Below are positions 20,857 through 31,966 of a stretch of DNA of 64,000 nucleotides, one piece after another. This DNA is from an uncultured Alphaproteobacteria bacterium (GTDB taxonomy: Bacteria; Pseudomonadota; Alphaproteobacteria; HIMB59; GCA-002718135). Made by a program: the position numbers and the translations under genes. How positions within the stretch are numbered: position 1 is the stretch's first letter; the number at the start of each line of letters is the position of its first letter. The stretch covers positions 375-64,374 of the forward strand of contig CACGRD010000004.1 of the NCBI GenBank assembly GCA_902575375.1, given 5' to 3'. Under the pieces are notes generated by a model. That model saw only the letters and a list, made by a program, of their open reading frames with translations, searched no databases and had not been told where the DNA came from.

Positions 20857-21978
20857 TTAGTTAAATTGCTCCAATCTTACATTCCCGTCATGCGTTAACA
20901 AAACAGAATTAATTATTTCATCGTCAAAATCAAAATTTATTTTTTTATTTTCTTTATCTATTAATAAACTTAAGAAGTTAAAAATATTTTTAGCATACAG
21001 TGCCGATGCATCTTTGGCCACTCTTCCAGGAACATTTCCATAACCAACGATTTTTACTCCATTATGTAATACTATTTCATTCATTTTACTTAAAGGGCAG
21101 TTACCGCCAGCTTCCACAGCCAAATCAATTACTACTGAGCCCGGTATCATTGAAGAAACCATTTCTTCTGTTATTAAAACTGGAGCTTTTTTTCCAGGAA
21201 TAAGAGCTGTACAAATTACAATATCTTGTTTTGAAACTGTTTCTGCTATCAATTGAGCTTGTTTTTTCTTATAATCATCACTCATTTCCTTTGCATAACC
21301 ACCTGCAGTTTCAGCATTTTGAGCTTCATCATCTTCAACCATTATGAATTTACCACCAAGACTTTCGACTTGTTCCTTAGTTGCCGCTCTTACATCAGTG
21401 GCGGACACTACTGCCCCAAGTCTTTTTGCTGTTGCTATAGCTTGTAAACCTGCAACTCCTACACCAAGTATCATAACTTTAGCTGGGTTTACTCTTCCAG
21501 CTGCAGTCATCATCATTGGAAAAGCTTTACCAAATTGCTCTGCTGCATCAATTACACTTCTATAACCAGCTAAATTGGCTTGGGATGATAAAACATCCAT
21601 ACTTTGTGCTCTACTTATTCTTGGTATTAACTCCATACAACATGATGAAATTTTGTTTTTATTTAGATTAGAAAATTCGGATTTATTTTCATATGGATTT
21701 AAAATTCCTACAAGTAATGCATTACTTTTTAAGTTATTTATATCATCAGTACTTGGCATTCTAACACACAAACAAACATCGGCTTTTAAACATTCTGATC
21801 TAGTTACAATTTTTGCTCCAGCTTCTTCATAATTTGAGTTTTGATATCCTGATGTTTCTCCAGCTCCATTTTCAATTATAACTTCAAAACCTAGTCTAGA
21901 AAAAAGCTTTACAGATTCAGGTGAAATGGAGACTCTTGTCTCATTGTTATCATTTTCTTTAATAGCAGATAAGAGCAT
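20857..21978 (-). CDS. pntA: NAD(P) transhydrogenase alpha subunit, part 1 (domain I)
   Basis: ETRVS, PRISRAQSMDVLSSQANLAGY, GVGVAGLQA, TALIPGK.AP. Confidence 0.96.
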   Translation of the reverse strand: MLLSAIKENDNNETRVSISPESVKLFSRLGFEVIIENGAGETSGYQNSNYEEAGAKIVTRSECLKADVCLCVRMPSTDDINNLKSNALLVGILNPYENKSEFSNLNKNKISSCCMELIPRISRAQSMDVLSSQANLAGYRSVIDAAEQFGKAFPMMMTAAGRVNPAKVMILGVGVAGLQAIATAKRLGAVVSATDVRAATKEQVESLGGKFIMVEDDEAQNAETAGGYAKEMSDDYKKKQAQLIAETVSKQDIVICTALIPGKKAPVLITEEMVSSMIPGSVVIDLAVEAGGNCPLSKMNEIVLHNGVKIVGYGNVPGRVAKDASALYAKNIFNFLSLLIDKENKKINFDFDDEIINSVLLTHDGNVRLEQFN

Positions 21979-21984
21979 GAGTTC

Positions 21985-23328
21985 TTATATTGCTAGGTTT
22001 GCTAATTTTAAAGCTTTTTGTTGGTTTTCCATTAATTTTTTTGAGTTAAAGTCCTCAATGAGTTCATGGAATATTCTATACCAATTAACTTCAGCTTTTA
22101 AATGCATAAATACTGAGCCTAGTCCTACTGCTGCTCTATCCATAAAGACAAATTCTTTTGGAGGTTTAACACCACCTAATTTTTTTAACTCTTGATGAAC
22201 TTCAGATGCAATTTGTGCACCATAAATGCCACTATCACTTTCTTGTATTTTCTGAACTTTATCTTCCATTAGGGGTGAATATAAAAATCCTGCCCATTTA
22301 TTTAATACTTTTAATTTTTCTTTAGTTATGTCTGTAAATCCCCATTGTTCATAGGCATGAACTGCTTTTGAATTATCTTTTTCTTGAAGAGCAAAGTATA
22401 AATCTATTACACCTTGAATGAAATTACCATTAAATATTCTCATACATCCGAAATCATAAATATTAATGCTAAGATCCTTTTTTTGAACAGAATAATTTCC
22501 TAAATGTGGATCTCCATGAAGAACACCATATTCAAAAAATGGTTTATACCATGCTTTATACATATTTGATGCTAATGTATTTCTTGTTTCTTTAGATGAC
22601 TTTTTAAAATTTAAAATAGGCTCTCCATCAAGCCAACTCATGGTCAGCAGTCTCTTTGTAGATAATTTATCATAGGTTTTTGGTACGTGAACAAAATTTA
22701 TGTTTGAAAAAATATTTCTAAATACTGACATTAATTTTTTTTCTCTTTCATAATCTAGCTCTTCTTTTAATCTGTCAGTAATCTCTTTATATACTTCATC
22801 AGTTTTAATAGCTTTATTATACGACTGATAAATTGAAAAAATCATTTTTAATTGAGAGAGATCTGCACTTACCGCTGAGGTCATATCAGGATATTGAAGT
22901 TTACAAGCTACTATTTCATCATTTTTTACTTTAGCTTTATGAACTTGCCCAAGTGAAGCTGCTCTTGTCGCTTCTTTATCAAACTCTATAAAATTTTTTT
23001 GCCAATCCTGTTTTAATTCTGCTGCCATTCTTCTTTTAACAAACAACCATCCCATAGGGGGAGCATTTGATTGTAAATGCATAAGTTCTTGTGCATATTC
23101 ATCAGGAAGTAGATCAGGTATTGTTGCCGATAATTGTGCCACTTTCATTAATGGTCCCTTAATACTTCCAAGAGCAGCTCTAATTTCAGAGGCATGTTTT
23201 TCTTTATCTAACTTAACTCCTAAATATCTTTGACTTGCAAGTTTAGTGGCTAATTTTCCAACAACACCGCCAACTTTGGCATACCTAGTGAGTTGTTTTG
23301 TTAACGATTTAGCTTCTTTATCTTTCAT
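21985..23328 (-). CDS. ABC1/AarF/UbiB (COQ8-like) atypical kinase
   Basis: KGPLMKVAQ (KxGQ-like), AASLGQVH, VACKLQYP, EELDY..E, HGDPHLGN, DFG. Confidence 0.92.
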   Translation of the reverse strand: MKDKEAKSLTKQLTRYAKVGGVVGKLATKLASQRYLGVKLDKEKHASEIRAALGSIKGPLMKVAQLSATIPDLLPDEYAQELMHLQSNAPPMGWLFVKRRMAAELKQDWQKNFIEFDKEATRAASLGQVHKAKVKNDEIVACKLQYPDMTSAVSADLSQLKMIFSIYQSYNKAIKTDEVYKEITDRLKEELDYEREKKLMSVFRNIFSNINFVHVPKTYDKLSTKRLLTMSWLDGEPILNFKKSSKETRNTLASNMYKAWYKPFFEYGVLHGDPHLGNYSVQKKDLSINIYDFGCMRIFNGNFIQGVIDLYFALQEKDNSKAVHAYEQWGFTDITKEKLKVLNKWAGFLYSPLMEDKVQKIQESDSGIYGAQIASEVHQELKKLGGVKPPKEFVFMDRAAVGLGSVFMHLKAEVNWYRIFHELIEDFNSKKLMENQQKALKLANLAI

Positions 23329-23333
23329 TGATT

Positions 23334-25130
23334 TTACTCTTCTAATTGGTCAATAAAATTCTCAATAACATTAACTCCCTTTTGCCAGAAATCTTTTTTC
23401 TTCGGATTTAATCCAAAAGGTTTTAATAGTTTATCATATGTATCACTACCACCACTCTCTAACAAAGTAATGTATTTGTCTTCAAATTTAGGCAGTTTAC
23501 TTTGGTAAACATTAAAAAGAGAATTAACAAGACAATCACCAAAAGCATATGCATAAACATAAAATGGTGAATGAATAAAATGGGGTATGTAACTCCATAA
23601 ATATTTGTAATCATCATTAAATTTTATTGATGGACCTAAGCTTTTCTTTTGAACATCAATCCAAATTTCACAAATCTCGTCAACACTTAATTCTTTGATT
23701 TTTCTTTGATGATGAATGCGTTTTTCAAACTCAAAAAATGCAATCTGTCTAACAACAGTATTTAGCATATCTTCAACTTTGTTTGCTAAAAGCCCCCTAC
23801 GTTCATTTTCTTTTGTAGTAATAGATAAAAGAGATTTAAAAGTTAACATTTCTCCAAAAACACTTGCTGTTTCGGCAAGAGTCAAAGGTGTTGAAGAGTT
23901 AAAATAAGTTTGTTTTCGTCCTGCTAAATATTGATGAATCCCATGTCCTAGTTCATGAGCAAGAGTTGCTATATCTCTCGCTTTACCCTGATAGTTAACA
24001 AGTATAAATGGATGAACTGATGGAACGGTAGAGGCGGCAAACGCACCAGGAGATTTTCCCGGGTTTACTGGAGCATGTATCCAAGAATTAACAAAAAATT
24101 TATTTACAATATTTCCTGCTCTTTTATCAAAATTTGAATAGGCATCAGTTACAATTTGTCTTGCATCTTTCCAGGAATATATACTCTGTGATTGAAAAGG
24201 TAGGGGTGCATTTCTGTCCCAATACATTAACGATTTCTTTTTTAGCCATTTAGATTTCATTTTATAATAACGATGAGCAATTTTTGGATAATTTTCCTTT
24301 ATTGTTTCAGTTAAAGCTTCTACAACTTCATCTTCTACAACGTTAGATAAATTTCTTGAACTGACTGGATTTGGTAATCCTCTCCATTTATCATTGATTG
24401 ATTTGTCTTTTGCAAGATTATTAGTAATAGATGTAAATAAAGTAATATTATCTTTTAAAACAGCAGATACTACCTCTGCTGATTTTTTACGATTTGATTC
24501 TTTTTTATCAGAAAGAAAATTAAAAATTTCAGCACTGGACAAATTTTTTCCCTTAAATGGAAATTTTAGGGAAGCAATTGTATCGTCAAAAAGTCTAACC
24601 CATGCTGATCTAGAAGTAATACTTTTTTCTTGAAGTAATTTTTCTGTTTTGACATCCAATTGATAAGGTTTGAATTTTCGAATATTTTTTATCCAGTTTT
24701 TGTATATCTTTAGTTTGTTATCAGCATAAATTTTTTTTAAATTTTTTTCAGAAATTTCATTTATCTCAAGACTAAAGAAGACTATTGAGGAAGCAATATT
24801 TGTTATTTGCTCCTGCATTTGTTGATAAAAAATTTTATTTTTTTCATTATTACCATCCTCTGCAACTAATAAGTGTGCATAAGACATAATTTTATCTATT
24901 TTTGTATCAATATCCTCTAATTCAGTAATAGCTTTTAAGAATTGATTAGAACTAAGCTTAGTAATTTTTGATGCGTATTTTTTCTCAAATTTTTTAGTAG
25001 TTGTTCTAAGCTTAATTAAATCGTTACTCAGTTTCTTAGCTTTTGGAGATTCATATAAATCCTTTAAGTTCCAAATTGGTAGTTTTCCAAGGGTATTTTT
25101 TGTTGAATTTTGATAATTTTTTTGTTTCAT
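23334..25130 (-). CDS. pepF: M3B oligoendopeptidase F
   Basis: WNL.DLY, GKSPGAF, HP..LVNY, TLAHELGHGIH, AETASVFGE, PHFIHSPFYVYAYAFG. Confidence 0.92.
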   Translation of the reverse strand: MKQKNYQNSTKNTLGKLPIWNLKDLYESPKAKKLSNDLIKLRTTTKKFEKKYASKITKLSSNQFLKAITELEDIDTKIDKIMSYAHLLVAEDGNNEKNKIFYQQMQEQITNIASSIVFFSLEINEISEKNLKKIYADNKLKIYKNWIKNIRKFKPYQLDVKTEKLLQEKSITSRSAWVRLFDDTIASLKFPFKGKNLSSAEIFNFLSDKKESNRKKSAEVVSAVLKDNITLFTSITNNLAKDKSINDKWRGLPNPVSSRNLSNVVEDEVVEALTETIKENYPKIAHRYYKMKSKWLKKKSLMYWDRNAPLPFQSQSIYSWKDARQIVTDAYSNFDKRAGNIVNKFFVNSWIHAPVNPGKSPGAFAASTVPSVHPFILVNYQGKARDIATLAHELGHGIHQYLAGRKQTYFNSSTPLTLAETASVFGEMLTFKSLLSITTKENERRGLLANKVEDMLNTVVRQIAFFEFEKRIHHQRKIKELSVDEICEIWIDVQKKSLGPSIKFNDDYKYLWSYIPHFIHSPFYVYAYAFGDCLVNSLFNVYQSKLPKFEDKYITLLESGGSDTYDKLLKPFGLNPKKKDFWQKGVNVIENFIDQLEE

Positions 25131-25186
25131 ATTTTATAATTTCGATATAGGTCTAATATCTTAGCTTTGTAGGGAGGATTGAAAGC

Positions 25187-26989
25187 ATGATTGTTAATTT
25201 TGACGAATTTAATAGTATACCGAATGTATTTTATCATCAATCAAATGATCTAAAGGATCAGCCGTATTTATGGAAAAAAGAAAATGATAAATATGTTTCT
25301 TTAAGCTGGTTACAAGTAAAAGAACAAGTTGAAAGTTTAGCAACATACTTAAAAGATCTGGGAATTTTAGAAGGAGATAGAGTATTAATTTTATCAGAAA
25401 ATAGACCTGAGTGGCAAATCACTGATTTAGCAATAATGTCCATTGGAGCAATTTCAGTGCCTGCTTATACAACAAGTACAACCAACGACTATAAATATAT
25501 TATTGAGCATTCTGGTGCTAGATGTGCTATCGTATCTTCACACGAGTTAATGAAAAAAGTTCTACCTGCAATAGAAAAAATTTCACAGTGTCAAAACGTA
25601 ATTAAAATTAATGATGACAATAAAAATTATAAAGAAGTTGTAAATATTTTATCATACAACAAAATTATAAATGACAATTTAGAAAAAAGTAAAAATTCAA
25701 ATGAAATTGAAGAGTTATCTAAAAAATTTAAAAGAAAAGATACAGCTTGTATTATTTATACATCAGGTACTGGAGGCAATCCTAAAGGAGTGATGTTAAG
25801 TCATGGAGCTATGCTGAGAAACTGTGCTTCCTGTGATAAATTACTTGAAAGTCTTACTAGTGATTTAACAAAAGAAATTAGATATTTGTCATGGTTGCCA
25901 TTATCTCATTCATATGAGCATACTTTACAATTTTTAGAAATGGGGCAAGGTGCACAAATCTATTACGCTGAAAGTATAGATAAATTATTAGTAAATATGG
26001 CTGAAGCAGCACCACATTTTATGACAGCTGTTCCAAGGTTTTATGACTCTTTACACACACGTATTTCACAAGGTCTAAAAAGCCAAAGTAAATTAAGTCA
26101 ACGCTTCTTTGCAATTACATTAAATCTAGGAAAGAAAAAATATTTTGGTGAGCAGATGAGCTTCTCTGAAAGATTTGTGAATGGATTGATGGATAGGATA
26201 GTAAGAAAAAAAGTTAAGAAAAGATTTGGTGGAAGTCTCAGAGCATTAATATCAGGAGGCGCAGCTTTAAATTTTGAAGTTGGATTATATCTAAGCGCGC
26301 TTGGCCTTCCACTACTTCAAGGTTATGGACAGACTGAAACAGCTCCTGTTATTTCCGCAAACCCTCCTGAAAAAATTAAATTAGATACTGTTGGAAAAGT
26401 TCTTCAAGGAAATGAAGTAAAAATTTCTGAAGACGGAGAAATTTTAGCTCGTGGGGAGCTAATTATGAATGGTTATTGGAATGATCCTGAATCAACTAAT
26501 AAAACTATAATTGATGGTTGGGTTCATACTGGTGATATTGGTGAATTTGATGATGAAGATTATTTAAAGATAACGGATAGGAAAAAAGATATTATCGTAA
26601 ATGCTGGTGGAGATAATATTTCCCCTTCAAGAATAGAGGCAAAACTAGATATTGAACCTGAAATTGCTCAATCAATGTTATATGGAGATTTCAAAAATTA
26701 CCTAGTTGCAATCCTAGTACCTAATAAAGATTTAGCTTTAGAATGGGCAAAAGAAAATAATCTTGAGGGTGATTTAAATAAAATAATACTAGATTCTTCA
26801 TTTAATAAAAAAATGAAAGATGTTGTAGATAAAGTCAATAAAAGCCTTTCTAATATAGAACAAATAAGAAAATTTATTTTAATTGATCACGAGTTTACAA
26901 TTGAAAACAATATGATGACACCTTCCATGAAAGTAAGAAGGTTTAAAGTAAAAGAGATGTATGGAGAAAATTTAGAAAAACTATATTAA
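25187..26989 (+). CDS. Long-chain fatty acid--CoA ligase
   Basis: YTSGTGGNPKG, QGYGQTE, GWVHTGDIG, ITDRKKDII, TPSMKVRR; GGGAGG ribosome-binding site upstream. Confidence 0.92.
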   Translation: MIVNFDEFNSIPNVFYHQSNDLKDQPYLWKKENDKYVSLSWLQVKEQVESLATYLKDLGILEGDRVLILSENRPEWQITDLAIMSIGAISVPAYTTSTTNDYKYIIEHSGARCAIVSSHELMKKVLPAIEKISQCQNVIKINDDNKNYKEVVNILSYNKIINDNLEKSKNSNEIEELSKKFKRKDTACIIYTSGTGGNPKGVMLSHGAMLRNCASCDKLLESLTSDLTKEIRYLSWLPLSHSYEHTLQFLEMGQGAQIYYAESIDKLLVNMAEAAPHFMTAVPRFYDSLHTRISQGLKSQSKLSQRFFAITLNLGKKKYFGEQMSFSERFVNGLMDRIVRKKVKKRFGGSLRALISGGAALNFEVGLYLSALGLPLLQGYGQTETAPVISANPPEKIKLDTVGKVLQGNEVKISEDGEILARGELIMNGYWNDPESTNKTIIDGWVHTGDIGEFDDEDYLKITDRKKDIIVNAGGDNISPSRIEAKLDIEPEIAQSMLYGDFKNYLVAILVPNKDLALEWAKENNLEGDLNKIILDSSFNKKMKDVVDKVNKSLSNIEQIRKFILIDHEFTIENNMMTPSMKVRRFKVKEMYGENLEKLY

Positions 26990-27276
26990 GTTTTTCCTTT
27001 ATCGAATTTTTCTTTTTGTTCAGAAGTAGATTCAGTTTGAAACTTTGTTTTCCATTCTGGGTATGGCATACCATAGATCATTTCTCGTGCTTCATCGTAT
27101 GAAATTGAAATATTTTTCTTTTCAGCAGCACTAACATACCATTTTGAAAGACAGTTTCTGCAAAAACCTGATAAATTCATTAAATCAATATTTTGTACAT
27201 CTGTTCTATTTTTAAGATGATGAATCAATCTTTCTGCAACATCAGCAAGTAATTCTCTATCAAAATTTTTTGTCAT
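26986..27276 (-). CDS. DUF1244 family protein
   Basis: RTDVQNIDLMNLSGFCRNCLSKWY, IYGMPY.EWK. Confidence 0.88.
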   Translation of the reverse strand: MTKNFDRELLADVAERLIHHLKNRTDVQNIDLMNLSGFCRNCLSKWYVSAAEKKNISISYDEAREMIYGMPYPEWKTKFQTESTSEQKEKFDKGKT

Positions 27277-27331
27277 ATTACTTAAATAAATTATATAAAT
27301 CTTTTTTTGTGCTATATATATATAATAATTA

Positions 27332-28768
27332 ATGAAACGTAACAGAAAAGCTAAAATTTTAGCTACGCTAGGACCTGCATCATCAGATAAAAAAATAATT
27401 GAAGACTTATTTGCTGCTGGATGTGATGTTTTTAGATTAAATTTTTCACATGGTGATTTAGAAACTCATAGAAAAAATTATGAAAATATTAGATCTCTTG
27501 AAGAAAAATACAATCATGCAACATGCATATTAGCTGACTTACAAGGACCTAAATTGAGAGTGGGTACATTTAAGAATACAAAAGAAAATTTAGTCAAAGG
27601 TCAAAGTTTTGTATTAGACCTTTCAAGTGAGCCTGGAGATAATAGTAGGGTTAACTTTCCTCATGAAGAAATTTATGATTTCTTAACACCTAATTCTATT
27701 TTATTAGTAAATGATGGAAGAATAAGATTACAAATTGTTGAACAAAAAAAAGATAGTTTAATTACAGAAGTTTTAAATGATGCTGAAATCTCAAATAACA
27801 AAGGTGTAAATATTCCAGATGTAATTCTTCCTATAGACGCACTTACCAAAAAAGATAAATCTGATCTTATGAAGGCTTTAGATATGGGAGTTGATTGGGT
27901 TGCACTTTCTTTCGTGCAACAAGCAGAGGATATATACAAACTGAAAAAAACAATTAACAACAAAGCACTCGTGATGGCAAAAATTGAAAAGCCATCAGCA
28001 GTAAAGAATATTGATGATATTATAAATGCTGCAGATGGAATTATGATAGCTAGAGGTGATTTGGGTGTTGAAATGCCAACAGAACAAGTTCCAATAGTAC
28101 AAAAAAATATTATAAAAAGATGTAGGCACTTTGGCAAACCAGTTGTTGTTGCTACTCAAATGCTTGAAAGTATGATCGAAAATCTTGTTCCAACAAGAGC
28201 TGAAGCATCTGATGTTGCTAATGCTATTTACGACGGAACAGATGCTGTAATGTTATCTGGTGAGTCTGCTGTTGGAACACGTCCACTAGAAGTAGTAAGA
28301 ACTATGAATAAAATAATAGAAAATGTTGAGAATGATAAAAATAATTATGATTTACAAATTACTCAAGAAAATATTGATGATGTTGATAATACAGATGCAA
28401 TAACTTTAGCAGCTTACTCAATTGCAAAAAAATCAAATGCAAAAGCAATTATAACATTTTCTGTTAGTGGTAGAACAACGACTAGAATGGCTAGGGAAAG
28501 AGCGCCAGTTCAAATTGTTGGATTATCTCCAAATATTAACACTACAAGAAAAATGCAATTATATTGGGGCGTGAACTCCTGTCATACACAAGAAGATGCT
28601 CAAAATGCTCAAGATATGGTTAATATCGCATGTTCAATTGCAAAGAATAAAAAATTAGTACAGCCAGGAGATAACGTCGTTATTTCGGCTGGTGTTCCAT
28701 TTGGAAGTGCTGGTACTACTAATCTACTTAGGTTAGCTGAAATAATTGCTGATAAAGATCTTAAGTAA
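27332..28768 (+). CDS. pyk: Pyruvate kinase
   Basis: KILATLGPAS, FRLNFSHG, DLQGPKLR, MAKIEK, ARGDLGVE, ATQMLESM, DAVMLSGES. Confidence 0.97.
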   Translation: MKRNRKAKILATLGPASSDKKIIEDLFAAGCDVFRLNFSHGDLETHRKNYENIRSLEEKYNHATCILADLQGPKLRVGTFKNTKENLVKGQSFVLDLSSEPGDNSRVNFPHEEIYDFLTPNSILLVNDGRIRLQIVEQKKDSLITEVLNDAEISNNKGVNIPDVILPIDALTKKDKSDLMKALDMGVDWVALSFVQQAEDIYKLKKTINNKALVMAKIEKPSAVKNIDDIINAADGIMIARGDLGVEMPTEQVPIVQKNIIKRCRHFGKPVVVATQMLESMIENLVPTRAEASDVANAIYDGTDAVMLSGESAVGTRPLEVVRTMNKIIENVENDKNNYDLQITQENIDDVDNTDAITLAAYSIAKKSNAKAIITFSVSGRTTTRMARERAPVQIVGLSPNINTTRKMQLYWGVNSCHTQEDAQNAQDMVNIACSIAKNKKLVQPGDNVVISAGVPFGSAGTTNLLRLAEIIADKDLK

Positions 28769-29963
28769 GCTTATTACAAGCTTCTTTTATTCTGTTGCAG
28801 GCATCTTCTAGAATTGTATCACTTGTTGCATAAGATAATCTAAAATAAGGAGATAATCCAAATGCTGCACCATGAACTCCTGCTACACCTTGATCTTCTA
28901 AAAGGTATGTCATAAAATCTTCATCATTGGAGATATGTTTTCCATTTTGTGTCTGTTTTCCAATTATACCCTCGCAGTTTGGATAAACGTAAAAAGCTCC
29001 TTCTGGTTTTTGACATGTAATTCCATCAATATCATTTAATTTATTCAAAACTAAATCTCTACGTTTTAAAAATTTTTTATTATGTTCGTTTATAAAATCC
29101 TGTGGACCACATATTGCTTCAACTGCAGCAGCCATTGTGATTGAAGAAGTTGAAGTTGTGCTTTGTGATTGTATTTTATTCATAGCAGCAATAATCTCTT
29201 TTGGAGCTCCACAATATCCAAGTCTCCATCCTGTCATGCAATATGATTTTGAAACACCATTTAGTGTTAAACATCTGTCTTTCAGTGAAGGCTCAATAGA
29301 AGCAAGAGTATGAAATTCTACTCCGTCATAAACAATTTTTTCGTATATATCATCACACATTATAAGAACATTAGGATGTTTTTTTAAGATAAGCGCTAAG
29401 TCTTCTAACTCTTTTTTTGAATAAACTGAGCCAGTTGGATTACTAGGGCTATTTAACATTAACCACTTTGTTTTGGAGTTTATATTTTTTTCTAATTGTT
29501 CTGGTGTAATTTTAAAATTCTGTGATTGAGGACACTTAACTATAACAGGCTTCCCTTCTGCTAATAAAACAATATCTGGATAACTAACCCAAAAAGGAGC
29601 TGTTATAATAACCTCATCTCCTGGATTAATTGTTGCCATCATAGCATTATAAATAATGTGTTTTCCTCCAACACCACATATGATTTCATCTAATTGATAA
29701 TCTATATTATTATCTTCTCTGAATTTTTTCTGAATTGCTTTTTGTAATTCTGGTGTGCCTTTGCCAGGTACATATTTAGTTTTACCCTCTTCCATCGCTT
29801 TATTAGCTGCGTCTCTTATATTTTTTGGTGTGTTAAAATCTGGCTCACCTGCAGCAAGAACAATTACATCTCTACCCTCGTCCTTCAAAGCCTTAGCTTT
29901 GACATTTATACCGACAGTCATTGAAGGTTTTATTTTACTCAGTCTATCTGCAACAAAATTCAT
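28761..29963 (-). CDS. Aspartate aminotransferase (class I/II PLP-dependent)
   Basis: AGEPDF.TP, LNSPSNPTG, DDIYE, NGVSKSYCMTGWRLG, PEGAFY, FRLSYAT. Confidence 0.9.
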   Translation of the reverse strand: MNFVADRLSKIKPSMTVGINVKAKALKDEGRDVIVLAAGEPDFNTPKNIRDAANKAMEEGKTKYVPGKGTPELQKAIQKKFREDNNIDYQLDEIICGVGGKHIIYNAMMATINPGDEVIITAPFWVSYPDIVLLAEGKPVIVKCPQSQNFKITPEQLEKNINSKTKWLMLNSPSNPTGSVYSKKELEDLALILKKHPNVLIMCDDIYEKIVYDGVEFHTLASIEPSLKDRCLTLNGVSKSYCMTGWRLGYCGAPKEIIAAMNKIQSQSTTSTSSITMAAAVEAICGPQDFINEHNKKFLKRRDLVLNKLNDIDGITCQKPEGAFYVYPNCEGIIGKQTQNGKHISNDEDFMTYLLEDQGVAGVHGAAFGLSPYFRLSYATSDTILEDACNRIKEACNKLT

Positions 29964-30774
29964 TTAAATTATAAAATGTTCAATAATTAGACTAGCACAA
30001 GTTAACAACAAAAAAAATAGCAAAAATTTTTCTTAATACTAACTTATCTATATTTGATGAAACTTTTGCACCAATTCCAGCAGTAAATATACTAGTTATT
30101 GATATAAAAAAAACTATTATAATATTTACGTAACCAAGAGAATAAATGGGAAGTTCATTAATATTTAACCCAGTATATATGAATGTTAATGTTCCTGGAA
30201 AAGCAATTAAAAAACCAAAAACAGCAGAGGTACCAACTGCTTCATGGATTTTTTTTGAAAACATTGTTAAAGTTGGAACACTAAAACTACCACCACCTAT
30301 ACCAATTATTGCAGATAAAAATCCAATAGAAGAGCTTATTACAAAGTTAGTTATATTAGATGATGGTATATCTTTACTTACAATTATGGGGTTTTGTTGA
30401 AACAGCATATTTAATGAAATGAAAAATGCCAGAATTACGAAAAGAATAACTAAATTCTGTCCTGAAATAGAACTCGCTGCAAATGAGCCTACAATTGATC
30501 CTATTATTATTCCTATTGCCCATTTTTTTACAATTATCAAATTTGTATTCTTAAGCTTAATATGAGATCTTATAGATGATATTGAAGTAAAACAGATTAC
30601 ACCTAGTGAAGATGCAACTGCAACATGCATGACAATTTCAGAGCTGTAATCAAGATTAAGTAAAATAAAGTAAGTTACAGGTACAATTATTATTCCACCT
30701 CCAACTCCTAATAATCCTGCAATAAAACCAGAGACTAGACCTGTTAATAAAAAAATAAATATTATTGAAGTCAA
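29964..30774 (-). CDS. Sulfite exporter TauE/SafE family protein; apparent +1 homopolymer frameshift near the C-terminus (A8 at 30010-30017)
   Basis: GLLGVGGG and GIGGG repeats. As given, the ORF stops at 29992; removing one base gives ...AIFLLLTCASLIIEHFII* with the stop at 29964-29966, abutting the next ATG. Confidence 0.85.
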
Positions 30775-30838
30775 ATAATTACCGTATTTTAAGTTTCATT
30801 AATGTAGTAAACAATTTAATATAAAAGTAAATAAGACT

Positions 30839-31966
30839 ATGAAACATGTACATTGGATAGGTAGTGGACTATCTTCTATACCAGGAATTAGAAGATTAGC
30901 TAAAAATTTAGATAATTTTACAGTATGGAATAGAACTTTAGATAAAGCTATAAAGAGTATTGACCATGTAGATAAAAACAATGTGAACGCAAAACATTTT
31001 GATGTTAATTTATTATTTAACGAAACAAATCCAGGTGATATTGTTATTTCTCAACTGCCAGCAAACAAACATTTAGAAATAGCTAAACTTTGTTTAAAAC
31101 ATAAATGTCATTTTGCATCTACTAGTTACCTTAATCCAGAAATAAATGATCTAAATCCAGATGTAAAAAAAGAAAATTTAGTATTTATCAATGAGGTTGG
31201 TTTAGATCCAGGTATTGATCATTTTTTTTCTCATTTACTTGTCAGAGATCTTAAAAAAATATCTACTGAAAAAACAGAAGTAATATATGAATCATATTGT
31301 GGAGGTTTTCCTGCAATTCCAAATGATTTCAAATATAAGTTTAGTTGGTCTCCTGCCGGAGTAATTAAAGCTTTAAACAATGATGCTAAATATATAACAA
31401 AAGGTAAAATAAATACTGTGACTCCTTACAACTCTGTTAGTTCTTATTCAATATCTGATGAAAATTTTGAAGCTTACCCAAACAGAGATTCAACACCATA
31501 TGTAAGTGAATACTTGTTTGATAATAAATGGAAAGTCAAAGAGTTTGTAAGAGGAACTTTGCGACTTGATGGTTGGAAAGAAGCATGGCAAGATATCTTT
31601 TCAATGCTTGAAAATAGATCGGAAAATATAGAAGCTGAAATCAATGAAAAAAGTGAAGAATTATTAAAAGATCATAAATATTTACCTGGGGAAGAAGATC
31701 GCGTTGTACTTTCTGTAAAACTTAAAGCTTTTGAAAATGATAATAAAATTTTCGATAGCTCTTATTTTCTAGATGAAAAAGGAAGTGGTGAAAACACTGC
31801 AATGGGTAAACTTGTATCGATTACTTTATCAGCTGCGATTGATCTAATTATGGATAATAAAATTGAGTCTGGTGTAAAAACTGCACCACATAAAACAGAA
31901 GATATCATGTATTTTTTTAAAATTTTAAAAGATTATAAAATTAATATCCAAAAAGAGAATGGATAA
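30839..31966 (+). CDS. Saccharopine dehydrogenase (glutamate-forming, Lys9/SDH-domain type)
   Basis: GSGLSS, NEVGLDPGIDH, SYCGGFP, YKFSWSPAG, EAYPNRDS, VRGTLR. Confidence 0.9.
   Translation: MKHVHWIGSGLSSIPGIRRLAKNLDNFTVWNRTLDKAIKSIDHVDKNNVNAKHFDVNLLFNETNPGDIVISQLPANKHLEIAKLCLKHKCHFASTSYLNPEINDLNPDVKKENLVFINEVGLDPGIDHFFSHLLVRDLKKISTEKTEVIYESYCGGFPAIPNDFKYKFSWSPAGVIKALNNDAKYITKGKINTVTPYNSVSSYSISDENFEAYPNRDSTPYVSEYLFDNKWKVKEFVRGTLRLDGWKEAWQDIFSMLENRSENIEAEINEKSEELLKDHKYLPGEEDRVVLSVKLKAFENDNKIFDSSYFLDEKGSGENTAMGKLVSITLSAAIDLIMDNKIESGVKTAPHKTEDIMYFFKILKDYKINIQKENG

Noticed and set aside
19144..21978. pntA split into two genes
   Set aside because: The three-subunit transhydrogenase is the normal Rhodospirillum-type arrangement, not a frameshift
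17727..23328. Eukaryote-like COQ9 and COQ8/ABC1 genes
   Set aside because: Widespread in Alphaproteobacteria; not unusual
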